The position numbers and the translations under genes are program-made. From contig OZ199838.1 in the NCBI GenBank assembly GCA_964304625.1, forward strand, positions 11,053,607 through 11,117,606: a stretch of 64,000 nucleotides of DNA, written 5' to 3'. Position 1 is the stretch's first letter; every line of letters starts with the position of its first letter. Of the stretch, positions 1 to 15,848 are shown in pieces. The notes under the pieces are model-generated. The model had not been told where the DNA came from. It saw only the letters and a list, made by a program, of their open reading frames with translations, and did not search any database. Source of the DNA: Kudoa neothunni (taxonomy: Eukaryota; Animalia; Cnidaria).

Positions 1-1046
1 GATTTCGCGTGAATTATCGGGAATGACAGAGTCTGTATACGTAAGCTCGCATGTCTATATATATTGGCACATGTGCGAAAAATTAATAAGTATTAAAATT
101 AACTTGTTTACATATAGAAATATTATACAGTTCCACAAATAGTGCTACGACTTTCGATAATTAATTGCTTATATTTTTGTTGGTTGATAGATGCTTCTTT
201 AAGTTAAATTACATTATATATTCGAGTTTATTTCCACGCGTGTGATTCAAGGGATTAAAAATCTGTAAAAATCGTAGTAAATTTGTATTTTCTTAAATTT
301 TAGATAATTAAAATGATAGATTTAGTGTTACATTTTTCTTCCTATTTTAGTATTGATGAAATTTTGTTAATATTATTTCCTGCCAAGTCATAAAAATTAT
401 TGCATTAATTGATTCTTAAATGAGAGAATAACAATATTTTAATCCTATAAAGTCATAAATAATATTCATTAACTACTTTTAATTTATGTTTTCCCTAACT
501 ATTATTTTCATGTGATGAATGAATATTATTCAATAATTATTTCGAAATTATATAATGAATATTAAGCTTATTTTATAGCTTTTTAAATTTTTTGATTAAT
601 GTGAGACATTTCATTTAATTGGAGAACATATCTACTTCGCATGGTTTCAAGTTTTAATAATTTAATCAGTTTTTATATTTTCCATATTCTTAGAGGAAAT
701 TTTAAGGTAATAAAAATAGTTAACCTTTCATTGTGTTTTTAATACGAGAAAATTAATATTTATTTTTCATAATTTAAAATAGATTGATCTATTTGTTTAA
801 ATATGAATGAATTCGATTGATGCAAAATATATTCTGCAATTATCCATGCCAAGTTAATGGACATAATCGGATAACTTCAAATTTTTTTTGATCTAACATC
901 TGCTTGATTTTAATTAAAATTTTAGAGACGAACAGTCTGTCGTATTGTACCCAGAGATTTCTTTTTTTAAATATGATTATGGCTATTCATTTACGTATGC
1001 CAACCTATTTATATTGTCTTCATCTTGTTATCTATTTTTAACATAG

Positions 1047-4000
1047 GTATGGTTCCTATTTTCCAAAATTAGTGAAAAATATTTAAAAATGGAGGAGAAC
1101 ATTCTGCTAGAATTAAACCCTTCTGAATTCAGATCAAATAACAACGCCATGCACCATAAAAGTGGAGAGTCTAAAATCAACTATTTCAAATATGAACCTG
1201 AAAACACATTTCTACAGCTACCGTTAAAGACGCAATACTTGCAGTTGGTTGTCAGAAACGGTATGGAAAGAGAAAAAAGTTATCAAGTAAGAGTCTGTTT
1301 ATTTATTCAATGAAACTTTTCGTTCCTAATTTTGATTTGATTTGATTTTAATTTTAAATTAAATTATTTTTTTAATTCATGAATATTTTTATAACATTAT
1401 TCAGAGGTATTCATTTTAATAGAGGAAACTTTAAAAAAACTTCACAAATTGTTCTTAAGATTGATAAATAAAGTGTTTTAAACGTGATGTGTCGTATTAT
1501 TAAATGTTTGTCTTCAATTTCCATTTGAGGGAGGGTGTGTTTTTGATGTTAACATTAGAAGTATAAAAGGACCCTCACTTTAAAATATTAATTAGGTTAA
1601 CTAATTTGTAACTGGTTTTCAGTCATAATTTATAGTTGTGACATAATTTTCTGATTCCAACTTTCTTATTTATTTACACTCATTATGTTACTATTGGACC
1701 TTTTATTTAAAATTACAACAATTAATCCCATTTGGTTTTAAATTTTAACTGAACTAGCTGATTATTGTAATTGTAAGTATATTTAATAAAATTATTACAA
1801 AGATTACGTTATAATAATTTAATTCAATTATTTATCTTAAGACGTATTTTTGACACAGATTCAGATGTTTGATACTTTTTTTGAGTGGAAAGATTGTTTA
1901 TGCCTAAAACTTTTATATTATGGAAATTATATTTTGGTATTTGAAACATACAGGCCATTTCTTATCATCAATCTTATGATAATTTTTTTGCGTTGTGTAT
2001 GAATATTAAGTCAACTGAAATTCCAATATTAATAAAATTACCAATATTAATTCTTCAGTTAAGTGTTTTTTGATTATTTTTCGTATACTCTATTTATAAT
2101 ATTACTGGGAAATGAATTCTAGATAAAAGTTTATCAAAAAATCATGTACATCTAATAAAAGACATCATTCGTTATTGTAATCATCTTTTTTTCTCTCATT
2201 GAAAACTACATTAATAAGATATGGTTAATCTATTGCGTGGGTGCTTGAAATTACCTGTGATAGTTAATTTTTCATTAAAATTTTGTCTCTAAATAATTTA
2301 TTTGTGTGAAAATATACTGATATTAATATTGTCAGGGAATCCCTGTAATTTACTGAAAATCACAATTCAGAGCATTTGTATTGTTTCTTTCTGTATAAAA
2401 TTATAAACAGGTTCAAAGAATTCATGTTTAGTTTATTCATGTTTTTTATCTTGGGCTGATTAACGTTATATAATTAGTTTACGACTGAGAATGATAACTA
2501 TATTGTGATAATATGAATATTATATTTTTAAACAATTTGTTCCTGTTATTTATTTCATTGCTGATAGAAGTAAAAAATAGATAATAATTTAATGTAGATG
2601 CTGCGATTTATTCGTTAGGCATTTTATACAGATATAATATATCCTAATAGTTTCTATACTATTTTGTTTGAATTCAATCAAGTTACCGCACTACTATGTC
2701 ACTTGAGAATATAGAATTTGTTGTTTGCAAATTATTTTTTGGTTTAAATAAATTGTTAGTAAAAATGAGCTTAAGAATTACGATATATCTATTTAAAGTC
2801 ATTCATTTCTATTATTGAATAAAAAATCGCTTTGACCTTATCCTAAAAGCAAAGTCCACAATACAGGCTTAATTAAAGTTTATAGTAATAATTTCATGAT
2901 TTTGTAATTAAATTATTAATTAATGATACGTTTCCTGATATATTATGTTTTATTGGTACATAAATAAATGAATCATATTTTTTTCTTATTTATTTGGTTT
3001 TTACTAAAAATTTGATATAGTCTATAATGAGAAAATTTTTTTAAAAATGTTAAAATGTGTTTAGTCTACCATACATAAAATATTGTTGTGAGGAAAAATA
3101 ACACCTTGTTTCATACATCTTGTGTTATATTGGAATATAAATGATTAGTATTATAAAAATATATCCCGTTAAAATATTTTGTTTCTCAGTATAACTAAAC
3201 GTTATACTATTGGAGATTGCATGGCAATTACTAATTCTTGTTATCTCTAGAAAGCATTAAATGCATTCAACGATTGTACTAAATTACACTGGCCAAAGTA
3301 ATCCCTTTAACATGCAAGTTTGGTTGATGTTATTTTAGCGTTGTTTTGAATCATGTCTATTGTTGTTGGTTTATTTGTCTTATACCAATGTACCATTACT
3401 GTACTGTTGCAGTCAACGATAAAGTTGACATATTTGGGAATGAAATTCTAATCTCAGTTGTCCAATGAACTTACCAAATATTCGTTATATGTATTGATTT
3501 TGACTATTGAACTTATTTCGCCTTGCAATATTACAATGAGTTTATGTCTAGAACTTAAGGAAAATGAGTAAATTGGGATGTATAACGTCCAATGAAGTAG
3601 AAAACAACTGATCTATTTTAAATAATTGAGAAAATGTTTTTATTAGATTTATCCAAGAATTATTGCCAAATTATGCTCTTTTTCTACTACACACGATCTC
3701 TGTAAAAAGGTAATTCGTCTGTTAGTTAATCTTTACTAAAAATGATTATAATTAACTCGTATTATATGAATATGTTCAGATGCGAACCCAATTTATGTTT
3801 TTTAGACTTGGAGTTATATGAATGATCATGGTATACCAATGGACACAATCACCTCAACTATCTTTGAATACTCAGTAAGCACAATGCTCATTTAATCATT
3901 AAAAGAATGTTCTATAATTAGAATGCTATGAATTGAGTAAAAATTAATACGGATTTAGATGAAACAAAGTTCAGAAAATCGTAAAAACATGAAATTCCTC

Positions 4001-5933
4001 CATTTATTGAAAAACGCCCAAAGCGTTAGTGTAAACAAATTGGACAATTCTAAATCTACGAACGAATTTTCAAATCATATTGTGCATAAAAGTCTTGTTC
4101 TGCTTCCCCTGGTGATTTTGTCCGTCTGTCAAACGATTATAGTAAGAAACCAACCTACTCTCAGCAGCACGAAATCATCACCCAACAGGATCTGATCTAG
4201 AGTCAACATTAGAAGGTAGTTTGTATTTTGTCTAGTGTAAAATTTTTGTCTATGTGAACTTTGTAGAATCTACTACCTCAGAAGGTTTCCATAAAATATT
4301 CCATTCAATCACGGTTAAAACGATTTTTCCTCAATTGATATTCATCATGATAACACCGCTTCAAAAACTCCACCCCAACTCTTTAGATTCTATCAACCAA
4401 TATGCTGATCCACAGAAATGGTTCATGTCGCTTAGTGGGGTGAGCAAATTTATTGATTTGGACGTGGTTGATAGCGGAAATAATGCATACAAATTTTTCA
4501 ATGATAACAACGACTTTGATATCGATGACATTGTCAATGGTAGTAATATCCATACTCTAAAAACGAACGGAACCACAACCGAATCTGATCCTGTTTTCGA
4601 TAACAATGTCTATGTTCATATGAGTTGTTGTATGGAATGCCAGTTTTGTGGGCATTTTCTCTTCGATGAAGATATTATGTCTGGATGGAGCTTCAATGAT
4701 TCGAATTTTAATTTTATTTGTCCATTCTGCCCTGATAAAAAACCTATCAAACTGCGAATATTCAATATTCGAATAGATGAGTTGGTCGATGTTTCGAACA
4801 TCAGTGCAAAATCTAATCACATTATTGACCTCAAGAGTAACGAGGTCATTGATTCTAGTGATGAGGGTATAAATCATTGCTGAAGGGATATGATTCGGTT
4901 ACTTTAAATATTCTTATCCAAATAGATTCAGCCTTCAAAACAATTGTTGTGAAGAGTGTTGTGTATGTATCACCGATGACTTTGCGTAAGGAACTCGAAT
5001 GTACAATCGAGCAGAACGGCGTCAATTTTTTAATGTCTCCAACTTTTCCAGAGAAATATCCTTTGATTTTTTGGAATCTGGTATCGAGTTATTTGTAATA
5101 TCGATTAATGTCAAAATTTGAATTTGTTAGTTATGGTTTTTCAAAAGAAAATCCCTTAAGACGCATTTAACATTACTATTGACCAGTCATCTAAAGCGCT
5201 CGCACAAAGCAAAAGTAATTCAACGTTCTAGATTAAATATAAAGATTGCTTTTTCAGATTACAATATTCACTTCATGGGAAAATCCTTTCGATGAAATGA
5301 GCAATAATCGACCCATTAAGTTATTCTTGTCTTCCAAACGATCACTATCACCTATATGTAATTATTTTGATGTACAATCAACCAATTATTTTATTGTGGA
5401 TGTTTGTAGGTAATGAGAACCCCATTGATTTTATAGAAAAGTAATGAATTTAATTGCGCATTTTAAGTGTTAGTTTTGTTGACGTTTGCTTTCGAACCGT
5501 CGTAGAACACTCCATTGTATTGCCCAACTAAACGGAGAAGATTCAATCAGGAAAACACTCAAGTCTATGTACCACATCATGCAATATCAGTCGCGTCATG
5601 ATATTCCTATTTTATGGTAGTGTAATGACGCAATTCATAGACATAATTTTCTGCATTTAGGAACCTGTACAGCGAAACGTTACATATTCTAGATCTGATT
5701 AAGAGTGAATCGTTAGAGAATCTTGATTTAAGTAACTTAATATCGCTTTTTTAATTTCACACAAACCTTCATTAGATCAATATGAACAAGTGTATTCCAC
5801 ATTCTACGAAAAATATTCCACCAAAGACATCTCCCTCAAAAAGTATATGGAACCGTCTTGTTTTTGCGCCGTCAAATTTCGCAAATTGTTGGGCTCTCTT
5901 CATGTTAGAAATAAGCCTGGCGATACGACCTAG
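1047..5933 (+). CDS. DENND4: DENN domain-containing protein 4 (Rab10 GEF / Crag family), multi-exon, 5' part outside the window
   Basis: Spliced exons give VLNHVYCCWFICLIP (~3340), FYPRIIAKLC and YMNDHGIPMDTIT (PPR region), MSCCMECQFCGHFLFDEDIMSGWSFNDSNFNFICPFC and YVSPMTLRKELE...YPLIFWNLV, all matching DENND4 motifs. The last exon ends CAVKFRKLLG...TT*, with TAG at 5931-5933. The exon at 1047-1287 is less certain. Confidence 0.9.
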
Positions 5934-6715
5934 ATTGTATAAAGAAACTCTCTTTTTATTTTTAGTAACTATAAAATTTGTTTATTTACTTAAACTGTTT
6001 TTCTCTTTACTAAACTTAAGTCTCCCACCACAAAGCATTCATTTAACATGTCAAATTGTTCTAGTATCGCATGTCGTTCCTAGATACGAATAATTTCGCT
6101 GGCATTAATATTGAATTTAAAAATTTCTAATTAATTATATTCTTGTTTGATTGATAATTATATTTTACAAATTTAAAGTTTTAATTTCGAAGAATCACAA
6201 TTACTTAAATAAAATTAGTATGAATGGCAAAACTAGGATTTAAAGTTGGTAACTAATAATAAATTCAAATATTTATTGATAGATTTACACATCTTAAACT
6301 TAGTCTAAAAATTAGTTTTCTTGACTATATATCCAAATTGATGAGGTAAACTTTTCAGTATTCGTACCTTGGAATCGTTTACGTTCAATTGTAGATTAGT
6401 AATTTCGATATTATAATAATGAGGCTTGCGCGTTTTGAACACCAAGAAACATTTTTTAACTGTACTCTGAAGGTTTGTTGCTTAAATTATTGTTAAGCTT
6501 AGCTTATTTTAATTATTACTGTAAATCGTTTTTATACGACAGAGATTCATCTCATATGGGGCTCTCATCTCAAAGGTGGAATTCTAAAAATGTGACATTG
6601 TTATCCTTTAAAATATAACAAAATATTATACGACGTTAAAATGGCTCTGTAAACAAATAAACCTTTATTACAAATTTCAAAAATATTATGGAAATTCTAA
6701 GATTTTTTTTAATTA

Positions 6716-7172
6716 CAAGATAAAACCCCTGGTGCAGCTTATTAGGTTGTGGAGTTACGGTAGGTTAGACCATCCCCGTGAACGCTGTAAAAACCCCAGG
6801 ATGAGTAGCATCTGCATCCTCGTCGCTTATCTTTCTGCGGTAGTGTGGAAATTATACCCATTAAACATCCTCGTTTCTAGGGGAACTATCACCTCAACCC
6901 CTATCTATACTATAAAAACTTTTGCTCTGCGGAGATTTCATGCTTTTTAATGCATCCCCGACGATTAGAACGCCTAATTCAACCTTCTCTGCTAAATCGA
7001 ACTATAACTGCGGGATGAGATTACATTTGTAGTGCAATCGTACTTTAACAACAGCTCCTATTACGGGATAGAGACATTCGTACGGCAACAATAGACTGAT
7101 CAGTAGCGGGAATCGAACCCAGTACCTCCGGGTAATAAGTCCAATCATCACACAACTGGGCAATTCTGGGCT
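6716..7172 (-). mobile_element. tRNA-derived SINE, copy 1
   Basis: The minus-strand head (7172-7102) is tRNA-like, with B box GGTTCGATTCCC. Body and 3' end (CCAGGGGTTTTATCTTGT plus A-rich tail) share blocks with the copy at 50077-50550. Confidence 0.75.
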
Positions 7173-7548
7173 GTAATTAAGCTTCGAGATTAGATAATTA
7201 TCATTCGAGTAATGACCACTTTAAATTTCAACAATCATTTTTAAACGCCGTCACTTCTCTTGGTATTATTTTCATTTAAAAAAATAATCGTGTAAAAAGT
7301 AAATGAAAATAAAAAAGATGACGATTTAAAAGATCCATTAGCATCGTTATCAAAAGGACATAAATTTCTGTACCACGTGTTAAATAATACTGCAATATCT
7401 ACCGTAAAATTAATTTGTGATTAATTCCACGTCATTCTATCTATAAAATAAAACTTATAGTTTAAAACTGATTGATATTTCTAAGAAAATAAACCCTCTT
7501 TAAAATAATAAAGTAAGAATGTGGATTAATGAATCTTATGACAAATAT

Positions 7549-9134
<1,586 letters not shown>

Positions 9135-9618
9135 TTATAATCCCGATTATTATTTAAAATTGAACTCGTTGCTCTACGCTGCTTAATGCGATAAATCAGC
9201 GCACAAACAAACCTTGAGATGAAGAAATTACACTCGATTCGTAGAAAAAGTATACTGACCTGATATATGTTTGGAGCCTAATCCAATATAATGCTTCATA
9301 AGGACAAAACTCAAATAATATCCACCTAACGAGGATTAATAATATATAATCTAATTTTCATAGTCGTTTAACTGATTATTAAACCGTTAATTCTCACCGC
9401 GTTGTTTGTGAAAATTTGCGCATGTTTTCTTTGAATTAACTTCAGATTGTTTGACTCAAGGCCATTTTAATTACTTGATTAATTCAGTTTTGTATATCGA
9501 TTCAATTGGATAATATTTCTGCTAATAATAAAAATAAAAAAGTAAAATATTCGTAATAAGGTAAAAAAATAAAAAATAGATATGTGATTTAATTTAATCT
9601 CCTTGGTGAAGTACAATT

Positions 9619-12600
9619 TTAAACCACTTCTATGGATATATTCCTTTTTGCGATGAGATATTGTTGTAGATCCTTCATAATTTGATTTTCCTTCAACAGA
9701 CCATCATTTTGATAAGGAGTTGTCGAAGGTTGTATTTCATTCTGAAATCTCTTGAGAAGAGGCTCGAGAGAAGTGGTTATGGAAAATTGGATCGTATGAT
9801 TGCCTTTTTCAATGGGGAATAAGTTGGAATCAAAAACGATATCTTCTTGTGAAGCTATCTAATCATACAAATTATTCAATTTATATAACAAAGCACATTA
9901 CATCCTCGTAGTTGTGAAAACAACTGCCAATCCAAAGAATCGAAACTTTGGAAGTGTTGAGGAGAAGTGATACATTTGTTTTTGTTAGGTTCACATCTAA
10001 AAAGTCATTAAATCGGTAAAAACTACCTCAAAGTTACCCAATGGATTGTGAATTTTGACAAAAAAGCGAGTGAGTTGTTGCCAAGGAACTTTCAGAGAAT
10101 ATTCACTAGAATATTCTTTAATGGAGTTATTGTCTCCAATAGATATTTCTATTATAATATATTATACATATACAAATATGGTATGGTATGGTTAACAACC
10201 GTAGTCCAAAGCAACAGGTTGATACATGTTGGAAATATCAAATTCAGATTCATTAGCAGCTAGCCATTGAATGGAAGCATTTGTTGATTGGAAGTTGGAG
10301 CTATAATCTTTGAAAATAATATTTTATTAGACCGCGTTTTGTGGGTTATATTAAACATATTTACTTGAAATTGATTGGGATCTGGTTTGATGTAATGAAG
10401 AATCGGAAAAAATATTTGAGTCGTCGTGAGGTTGAAAGAATTTGGCCATATTAAGAATAACCACGTTATTGAGAAACATTTCATTCACCAGATTTAGTAA
10501 TTTTGAATAATCTCCCTATATAATGTGGCAAAATATTGATAACAACATTTTTAAATAGAATTAAACAATTAAAATTAAAAATTGTAAAATATAACGATAT
10601 TAACTACTATTAAAAACATTCCAATTTACAATAAATGACAAGTTTATGTAAATATTTTCATTCGTATATTTATTTAGCTTTTTTCCTATTTTATTTAAGA
10701 TATTTTTCAAAGATTCACGACTACCTTAGATTGTAAAATCTAAGCTATTCTCTCGTTCTTTCGAAATGCATTTGTTGTATAAAATAGAAAGTAAAGATGT
10801 TTATCTTGTTCCGTCATTAATTTTCCTGTTAACGTAGTAAGGTAAATGAAACAATTATTTAGATCAGGGGTGCATAAACTGCGGACCGCGGGCCTAATCC
10901 GACTTTCAGTGAGCTTTTGTGTGGCCCGCGATGAACCTTAATTAACTTCAGATTGATGGTGTACTTTTAAATGAAATGAAAGAATGAAAGAAGCATCCGA
11001 CTATTTGACTTCAGATGGTTTATCTAGATGTTGAATAGATCGAGAACATCTAATGAAGCTACTAAAAAAATTTATTCGAGTTTTTTATTATATGCGAACC
11101 ATTAGAACGAAACATCAAAAAAATCTCTAAATATGCAAAACTATTTATTTATACTAGCAATTTCATCATTCTATATAGAAAAGATTTGTTAATCGAAGTT
11201 CATGCACCAATTTTAATTAGATTTTATTGAGTGCGTATGGAGAAGAAGAAAATTATAGGGGTATTGGGCGGATTAATGATTTAAAAATTCGTTTGACAAT
11301 GCTGACCCGAAGTTTAAGTTTGGTTAAGATAAGATTAATAATTAAAGTACGTCTTATAAACTATTCGAAATCATGAGGTATTTATCTTGTGTGTAAAAAT
11401 CAAAATTTTCGAAAATTTTCTATAAGAAAAATAAATAAAACGAAAAATAAACTTTGACACAAAGGATAAACATCCGTTAGTGCTGATAATGAGCACATAT
11501 TAATATGCAATTTAAACTGCATTTCACATATGTACAAACATCCATTTTTCTCACCCACGGTATATCTCATATTTAATCCTGATTATTTTTAATTGATATC
11601 CAAGCTAAAATGACTGAAATTCGAAAAAATAGTTCATGATGAGAATAGAAAATTTAACTGCGCCTGGACAGAAAAATATTATTTTATTCAACAGGGAAAG
11701 AATATTATTTGTTTCCAACGTCATTCGTTATTCAATTTAAAGCATGTAGTAAACTTAGTATTTATGGATTATTTTGAATATTGCGTTTCAAAATTAGTAA
11801 ATATATCCAATGAATGAGGCGCAACTTTAGTTTTAAACTTTCTGGCCCCTGGCCTTGGAAGTTTTCGGTTATAATATGGCCCGAGGATCCAAAAGTTTGT
11901 GCACCATTGCGTTACAATATATTTTAACAACTTTTTGTTAAAATTAAATAGAAATTTTAAGCGGAAAAAATATTACTTTAATTATATCAAGGTATTTTTG
12001 TTGGTTTAGCCGAGGAATGATGATCGAATCGATTCTGGGGAACAAAATTAAAACAATAATGATCAAAAGCATTACTCTAGAGTGGATTGAGGCGAAATTT
12101 CGTAAATATTACTAACTAGAGGAGAAGTAGAAATAGAAAAAACCACCAAAGATTACCATTATCGACTCCAAACTCCATTTCTGACACTTTGAATGTTAGT
12201 TTGTCGGAATAATTATGCAGCCTAAGACAGCACTCACAGTGTAAAGGAGAGCTAAATATAACGATTAATTGATCGACTAATAAATAAAGTTGAAAAACTT
12301 TGATCTTTTGACAACGAATCTATCCATTAAAAGTTCTAGATATACAGTCACATCCATAGCCACAGTGTGATGGTATCCGAATTGTTGGTTGTCATGAAAA
12401 ATGATAAAGTCTAGGCTGATTTCTGTGTTTATAGGGAACGAAACATTTTTATTATTGAAGGTGTGTTTATGGGAGAGTTTCAAATCAATTTCGCACAGTT
12501 CGGTGGGAGGCACTAGATCGCATAGAGATCTTTTGGGGAAACGGGTTGTCACAAGTTTATCTACGGAATGCAACAAATCAAAAATCACATATGCTGATTA

Positions 12601-15600
12601 ATATAGATGGGAAATTTTCGCAAACAAAAAATACGTTCATCAGTCATTCCATTAATAAATATTTGTTTTATGGCATGGTCGGAGGTGTTTTTTAAAAGTA
12701 ATTTCTGACAACAACTAGATCAGAATTACACGCGTCCCGTTTTCTATCATAAATTACACTTCTAGCGCCAGAAAATGAGCACAAATAATTGGGGTGGATT
12801 CGATTCTATTAAGAGTTTCAATCCCACGAATAATCATGGTGTTTTTATTCGGAAACAAATAATGGAATGTAACATTTTCCAATCGGTAATCAAATCCTAA
12901 AATCACCCAAAATATAACTTTTTACAAAACTGTCACATATCATGATATAACCTGTGATGATGATATCACATTGTTTTTTTATTTCGATCATAAAAGTGAG
13001 TTTTTCAGTGAAATCGGCATCAATTAGAACATCATTTATAGTGGAGGACAAAAAAGCGTCTTTGGATGAAGTTTCCTCAAAAGTAAGTTTCTAAGGTTAC
13101 CATTTTAAACAGTTAATTAACAACTAACAATTAAAAGTTACAATATAATCAATGGATAGAGGACGTTGACAGAAATCGTTAGCAATGGATAACTCAAGTG
13201 GAACTAAGGTGCCAACTTCAGCGGCAATGTCTCTACAAATAGCTAGAACCCAAATGATTTTAATTCGTTTGGAAGTAAACTACGATTTTCAATGGAAGAA
13301 TCATCGTTTTTTCGATGTCTTGTGATAAAAACGTTATCAGTTAACGACGAAAATTTGGATATGTGAATAGGTGATAGCGAGGAAACGAATTTGGAGCAAT
13401 AATGAAATTCCCTAATCAAAAGAAAACATACTTAACATGAGTATACAAATAAATTAAATGAATGAACTATTTTCGTTTGTAAATATAAATTACTTTAAAC
13501 AAACAAGATGGAACTCGCTTATAGTGACATGATGTTTTAGTCCAGTTATCCAAAAGTTATTGGTCAAATGGGTTAGAATGGTTGTCGTAATTTCTTTTGG
13601 GAAATTTTTCAAAAGTGTGATTGAAGCGCTAAAAATAGCATAATTGATAAATATAAACTCAAATAGTGAAAAAAAAAGTACCATATGTAATTGAGAAATT
13701 TTTTATTCATTAGCATAAACACGCCAAACATGAAAACCAATTTCATTTGCACGGGTCTAAATTCTACAAAAAAAATCCACAAAAAACCACAACAGCAAAA
13801 TATACTAAAAGTGATATTTATTTGTGATAGTGAATGGTTGAAATGGTACTGTAAATCTATGCCAAATCTCGGCAATAAAAATTCAAACAGCTTCTTAACT
13901 GTATTGTTCACAGTACTCTTACTAATATAACAAATAAGATCGAATAAAAGACGATTAATCAACCATTTATCTCGATTGGCATAAAAAATGGCAAACAACC
14001 TATTCAAATAGAAAAAAGTTCGTCTGGTCATTTCCATGTGAATATTATAATCACATAACAACAATAAAACATCGATTTGATAATCCTACAAATCATAAAG
14101 ACCAACTAAACAAACAAAAATACCTTTTCAGGATTGGTATTGTTGAAAGTGTTAGAAATAAATATAGCATCTATTTTATTGCAGATACTTACGAATTTGT
14201 CCTTCAACTAAATTCAAAAAATGTATTTATTAGAATATTGGACAAAATACATTATGTTTGAAGGTGAGTGAGAGATATCTCATCATGTGTTCAAGTAAAA
14301 GTAGAACACAGTCGAATGGAGAGGAAATATAACAGTCACATGCAAAATCCAAATAACTATAGATATATCCAGTTAGTGCTAATTCGATATTAAATTTTGT
14401 GATTAATTTTGCCAAATCATAGCCATTATTTTTGGCTGTATCACAGATATCCTTATAGGAGCGGTTCAATTCGGGAAATTCAACTTTTATCAACTATATA
14501 CAAATTTCGCACATATTAATTGATTTAATTCAAAAGTACACACGATTAAAATCACCTTATCATTCTCTAACATTTTTAAATAATTGGGATTGATCGGAAG
14601 TTCATCACATGTGTAATAATATAGCGACATGTAAATAGCTTCATAGACGGCGCCAACGGCAACAATATCATCTTCATTTTTGAGATATTTTAATGTGGAA
14701 TTGAAAAAATGAGAACTATCACTATAACACCCAAACATAATGCATAAATCTCCAAGCATTTTCAAATGATAAGCAACAGCAAGACGCTTTCGATTTCTAT
14801 GTTAAGTAATCAGTAGCTGCTTTTCGTAAGAATATAACTAACTTATTGAGGGAAGAAGAACTAGAATAGCTTGACAAATACACCACAGGAACATTCAACA
14901 AATAAATCTCACTAAGCGGCATAGCTTGTAATAACGATATTTTTGATTCCATATCGAAAATAACTGAAACTATAATAGATTTCAAACATTCATCCAGTTC
15001 TCGTTTCAATAACTCATCCATTTCAAATCTATGCGGTATATAAATATATTCAAGTTGAGAATTTACAAATATTTAAATTACTCCGCTGATATGGTATTGT
15101 TTAAGAAACTATAATGAAAATTGCTTTGTGTGTTGTTAGTCAAATAGTTTTTTATTATCTTTGTTAAGGCCTCTTTTATGTCGTCCGACACTTGAGCAGT
15201 GAATATAAAAAGCAGATTGTTTGAGAACGATTTTTCAGTTTGCTTGTCATCGATCGCTCGATACCGAGAAATTATTTCATCCAACTTTGTGTGGATTTCT
15301 GAGGGAACCGACTCCAAGTTTTGTTCCTCAACAATGTCAATAAAAATAATTCCTAATTTAAGTAGAATATTCCGACTGAATTGTAAACCCGAATTGGCTC
15401 TGAAATTGGTTTGTTTCGAATTAGAAAATCGAAACAATAATGATTGGTCAGAGTTCAAATCGGCCACATTCATAAATCCATCAATCCAACATCGAATACA
15501 CTGATCCTGCTTAGGTTTTTTTGCAGTCACCAAACTTGTGACACTATAGTATGCAGTCCAAGCCTGATCAACCCTATTTTCCATGTCCCTCAAAGATCAT

Positions 15601-15848
15601 ACAACAGTCGAAAAGTCAAATTCTCACGAATGACGACGAATTTCCATTAAATTATTCTTATCTATTAATGAAGTATTTTAGTGAGATTTATCTTATGTCG
15701 TTAGTAATTTTATTATTTGTTCTATTTCAGCTATAGTCGGATATCAAAATTACGAATAATTTGAGGTTAATAAATTCTCATCAAATCAGTTAATTTTGAT
15801 TTATATTATTAGGTAAATATTACTGACAGTATATGAATTGAAAAGCAT
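9619..15848 (-). CDS. TRAPPC9: Trafficking protein particle complex subunit 9 (Trs120/NIBP), multi-exon, with a ~1.6 kb TE-containing intron
   Basis: IIVSVIFDMESK and RKRLAVAYHLKMLGDLCIMFGCYSDSSHFFNSTLKYLKNEDDIVAVGAVYEAI align with the TRAPPC9 region 'KHVGDLCL...ELLRSVNDFLWLGAALEG'. Further GT-AG bounded exons can be followed to TAA at 9619-9621. The start codon and the joining of the 9619-10517 exons are inferred. Confidence 0.75.
10865..11909 (+). mobile_element. Internally deleted hAT (Charlie/SPIN-type) transposon inside a TRAPPC9 intron
   Basis: TIRs are CAGGGGTGCATAAACT and AGTTTGTGCACCATTG, with subterminal GGCCCG motifs. Residual transposase N-terminus DENRKFNCAWTEKYYFIQQGKNIIC at ~11635-11715. 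TSD decayed. Confidence 0.85.

Noticed and set aside
7102-7172. tRNA gene candidate
   Set aside because: No proper cloverleaf, and it is joined to a repeated body with an A-rich tail. It is a SINE head.
10260-10484. ORF starting MKCFSITWLFLIWP, resembling a signal peptide
   Set aside because: Wrong frame. Another frame splices cleanly as a late exon of the gene called as TRAPPC9.
15199-15736. Plus-strand ORFs of 61-101 aa
   Set aside because: Antisense to the large TRAPPC9 exons.
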